A stretch of DNA of 64,000 nt from the NCBI GenBank assembly GCA_963705165.1, contig CAVPJD010000030.1, forward strand, positions 1-64,000, written 5' to 3'. The notes beneath the pieces were generated by a model that was not told the DNA's origin, did not search any database, and saw only the letters and a program-made list of their open reading frames with translations. Made by a program: the position numbers and the translations under genes. The DNA is from an uncultured delta proteobacterium. GTDB taxonomy: Bacteria > Desulfobacterota > Syntrophia > Syntrophales > UBA2192. This document shows positions 61,052-64,000 of this stretch, one piece after another (position 1 is the first letter of the stretch; the number at the start of each line of letters is the position of its first letter).

Positions 61052-61955
61052 ATGACGCACGAAGAAACCGCAAGGCAGCCGCCGCTCCATCCCCATGGAC
61101 GCCCTGCTGCGGACCGACCGGATTCCCCACATCTGGTGCTCCGGGTTGCGGCATCGGCACGGTCTTCGGCTGCGTGCTCACGGCCATCCAGAAGTCCGGC
61201 TTCCCTCGAACAGATGGCCATGGTGTCGGGCATCGGCTGCACGGGCCGCATGGCCGGCTACATCCGGCTGGACTCCTTCCACACCACCCACGGCCGGGCC
61301 ATTCCCTTTGCCACCGGGCTGAAGCTGGCCAGGCCGGAGACTAAGGTGCTCGTGGCCTCGGGCGACGGCGATCTTTTTGCCATCGGCGGCAATCATTCAT
61401 CCACGCGGCCCGGCGCAACATGGACCTGACCGTCATCTGCGTGAACAACTTGAACTACGGCATGACGGGCGGCCAGCAGGCCCCCACCACCCCCTTCGGG
61501 GCCAAGACCACCACCAGCCCGCATCGGCACTCCGAAGAACCCTTCAACTTCTGCTCACCTGGCGGCCGCCTGCGGGGCCGTCTATGTGGCCCGCTGGACC
61601 GCCCTTCACATCCGGCTGGCTCACGAACGCCATCACCGAGGCCATGCAGAAGAAGGGGTTTCGCTTTCGTTGAGATCCTGGCCCCCTGCCCCACGTCTTT
61701 CGGCAGGCGCAACAGGATGGGCGGCGCGCTGGACACGCTGAAGTTCTTCCACGAGCGCTCCGTCATCCGGAACCACATCGATCCCAAAGAGGCGGTGCTG
61801 GACTTCAACAAGCAGCTGGTGGTCGGGCAAGTTCGTGGACATCGAGAGGCCGACCTTCATGGACAACTACGAGGTTGATCAACCGCCGCGAACTGGCAGA
61901 CTGGCCCGGGCTCGAACGGCAGATCCGAGGCCGGAGGAAACGGGCATGATGATCC
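61052..61955 (+). CDS. korB: 2-oxoacid:ferredoxin oxidoreductase beta subunit (several apparent frameshifts)
   Basis: PHIWCSG, SGIGCTGR, HTTHGRA, GDGDLFAIGGNH, YGMTGGQ, PCPT; end approximate. Confidence 0.8.
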
Positions 61956-62560
61956 ATGGAAACCGGACCGAAAAAGAGATCTTCATCACCGGGCTTCGGC
62001 GGCCAGGGCATCGTCATGGCCGGCGACATCCTGGGCAAGGCCGCGACCCTCCATGACCTGAAGCACGCCACCATGATCCAGGCCTATGGCCCGGAGGCCC
62101 GGGGGGGCTCCTGTTCCACCCAGGTCATCATCAGCGACGAGGAGATCCTCTTCCCATACGTACGAAGAGCCCGAGGTGCTGATCTGCATGAGCCAGGAGG
62201 GCTATGCGAAAAACATCAGCCTCGCTGCCGACCGGCGGCACTCCTCATCTGGGACACGGATCTGGTCGAGACCCGGGAGCTGGATCCGGGTTGGACCACA
62301 TACAACATCCCGGCCACGCGGTTCGCGGAGGAGCTCGGCAATAAAATGATGGCCAACATCGTCATGCTCGGTTTTCTTGCCGCCGTTGAGCGACGTCGTG
62401 CAGCGCTGGACTCCCTGCGCCAGGCCGTGCTCGGATTCGGTGCCCGCCGGCAACAAGGAAAACAACGCCGGGCCTTTGACCGGGGCCGCGAATACGGAGA
62501 GGCGATCCAGAAGAGCCGGGCAAAACAGGAGCAAGCTCCGGGAGAGCACCTGCATGAAGC
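61956..62560 (+). CDS. korC: 2-oxoacid:ferredoxin oxidoreductase gamma subunit (several apparent frameshifts)
   Basis: GFGGQG, YGPEARGG, MANIVMLG; end approximate. Confidence 0.8.
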
Positions 62561-64000
62561 CGAGTCTTCTTCACGCCGGCAGCGCTGAAGAAGGCCGTCT
62601 TGCTCGTCGGCTCGGGCTACGGGGCCCTGAAGGTGGCGGAGGACCTGGCCCAGGCCGGTATCCCGGTCATCTGGGTGACCAGGCCCCGCATTTCCTGGAG
62701 CTGCCCGAGGGGTCGAGCAGTTCGCGGAATGGCCCGAAGACTCGAAGTTCCAGTTCCGGCCGCTCTACCTGCGGGTGACCCGCCACCCCCTGGTGACCGC
62801 CCTGACCCATGCCCGGTCGAATCCATGGAGCGGACCCTGAAGGCTACCGTGTCGTCGTGGTCCAGGATCCGATCTACGTGGACTACGACCTCTGCACCGG
62901 GTGCGGCCGCTGCATGGAGGTCTGCCCGCTGCAGAACACGGACCACCTGCCTCTTTCGCGAACGCCGGCCTATTGCCCCTCCCGGGCCCTGGAACTGGAC
63001 AAGCGAAAGACGAGTCCCTGCCGCACTGGCTTGTCCTCTCGGAGTAAACGTCCAGGCCTACATGGCCCTGACCGCGGCGTGCCGGTTTGAGGAGGCCCTG
63101 GACGTCATCCGCCGAGGACAATCCTCTGCCCGGGCATCTGCGGGCAGAGTCTGCCATCATCCCTGCGAGGCATCCTGCCGCCGGCCGAGCTGGATGAAGC
63201 CGTGGCCATCTGTGCGGTCAAGCGCTTTCTGGCGGACCGGGAGCTCTCGGAGAAAAAGCCCCGCTTCGGAGAAGCCGGAAAGGACCGCAGACCCGAGCGC
63301 ATAGCCGTCATCGGCGCCGGCCCCGCCGGGCTCACGGCTGCTCATTACCTCAACCGGGCGGGGTTTCCCGTCACGATCTTCGAGGCCCACCACGAGGCCG
63401 GAGGGATGCTCCGGCTGGGCATCAATGCCTTCCGCCTGCCCCGGGCCATCCTTGATGCCGAGATCCGTGCCATCATCGAATCGGGCGTCGAGATCCGCAC
63501 GGGCGCATCGATCGAGAATCTTCAGAATCTCTTCGATGAAGGATTCCGGGCGGTCCTCGTCTGCACGGGGGCTCACCGGGATCTTCGTCTGGGCATTCCC
63601 GGCGATGACGCTGAAGGGGTGCTCGGTGCCGTGGAGATGCTCCGGTCCCTTCACACCGGAAAGACGTCCGCCCTTGCGGGGCATGTGGCTGTGATCGGCG
63701 GCGGCAACTCCGCCTTCGATGCGGCCCGGGCCGCCGTCCGCCTGGGTGCCGAATCCGTAACGGTTTACTATCGACGCGAGCGTGGCGACATGCCCGCCAG
63801 CCTCTCGGAGATCCGCGAGGCGGAAGAGGAGGGCGTCCGGATCGAATTTCGCTGCGCGCCCGTGCGCATCAACGTCAAGGGCGGCAAGGTGACGGGCCTC
63901 ACGCTCATCCGGATGAAAATGGGAAGATCGACAAGAGCGGGCGCCGCCGTCCGGAGACGATCGCAGGCTCCGAGTTCAGCGTCCCGGCAGACCGGGTCGT
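62554..64000 (+). CDS. HdrA-like/GltD-like FAD oxidoreductase (frameshifted, runs off window)
   Basis: LLVGSGYGAL, YVDYDLCTGCGRCMEVCP, CPLGVNVQAY, VCHHPCEASC, VIGAGPAG, VIGGGNSAFD, YRR. Confidence 0.75.

Noticed and set aside
62580..62600. TGA near the start of the HdrA-like gene as selenocysteine
   Set aside because: It is not in the conserved reading frame nor at a Cys-motif position; the region is indel-rich.

Overview
GC-rich bacterial chromosomal window containing the replication origin. Gene content and repeat style suggest an anaerobic Desulfobacterota/Syntrophales-like organism (inference). Left to right: dnaN, oriC, dnaA, parB, parA and rsmG (all on the minus strand, an atypical order); trmJ; an LPS-core cluster (Fe-ADH, KdnA-like aminotransferase, hldD, kdsB); a MacAB-TolC-type exporter; FAH hydrolase, degP, an Nth-like glycosylase and a PHP protein carrying a parS site; a gcvT-H-PA-PB-KamA-like-lipA operon behind a long structured leader; tadA, two tRNA-Ser, thrC, ffs, dnaX, ybaB, recR; porCDAB plus flavoprotein/Fe-S partners; tRNA-Asn; an oxidative-stress block (erythrin-VIT1 interrupted by TAG-GGC-TGA, katG, perR); an ABC importer with a G1PDH-like gene; and a second 2-oxoacid:ferredoxin oxidoreductase cluster with many frameshifts that are probably sequencing errors. 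No CRISPR, rRNA, transposase or integrase was seen. The least explained signals are non-coding: (i) pervasive degenerate 7/8/9-mer inverted tandem-repeat hairpins at gene junctions, some nested in a MITE-like element; (ii) a ~400-nt structured leader upstream of gcvT that lacks glycine-riboswitch motifs; (iii) a cloverleaf-like RNA between the two tRNA-Ser genes. All calls were made by eye; no searches or folding programs were run.
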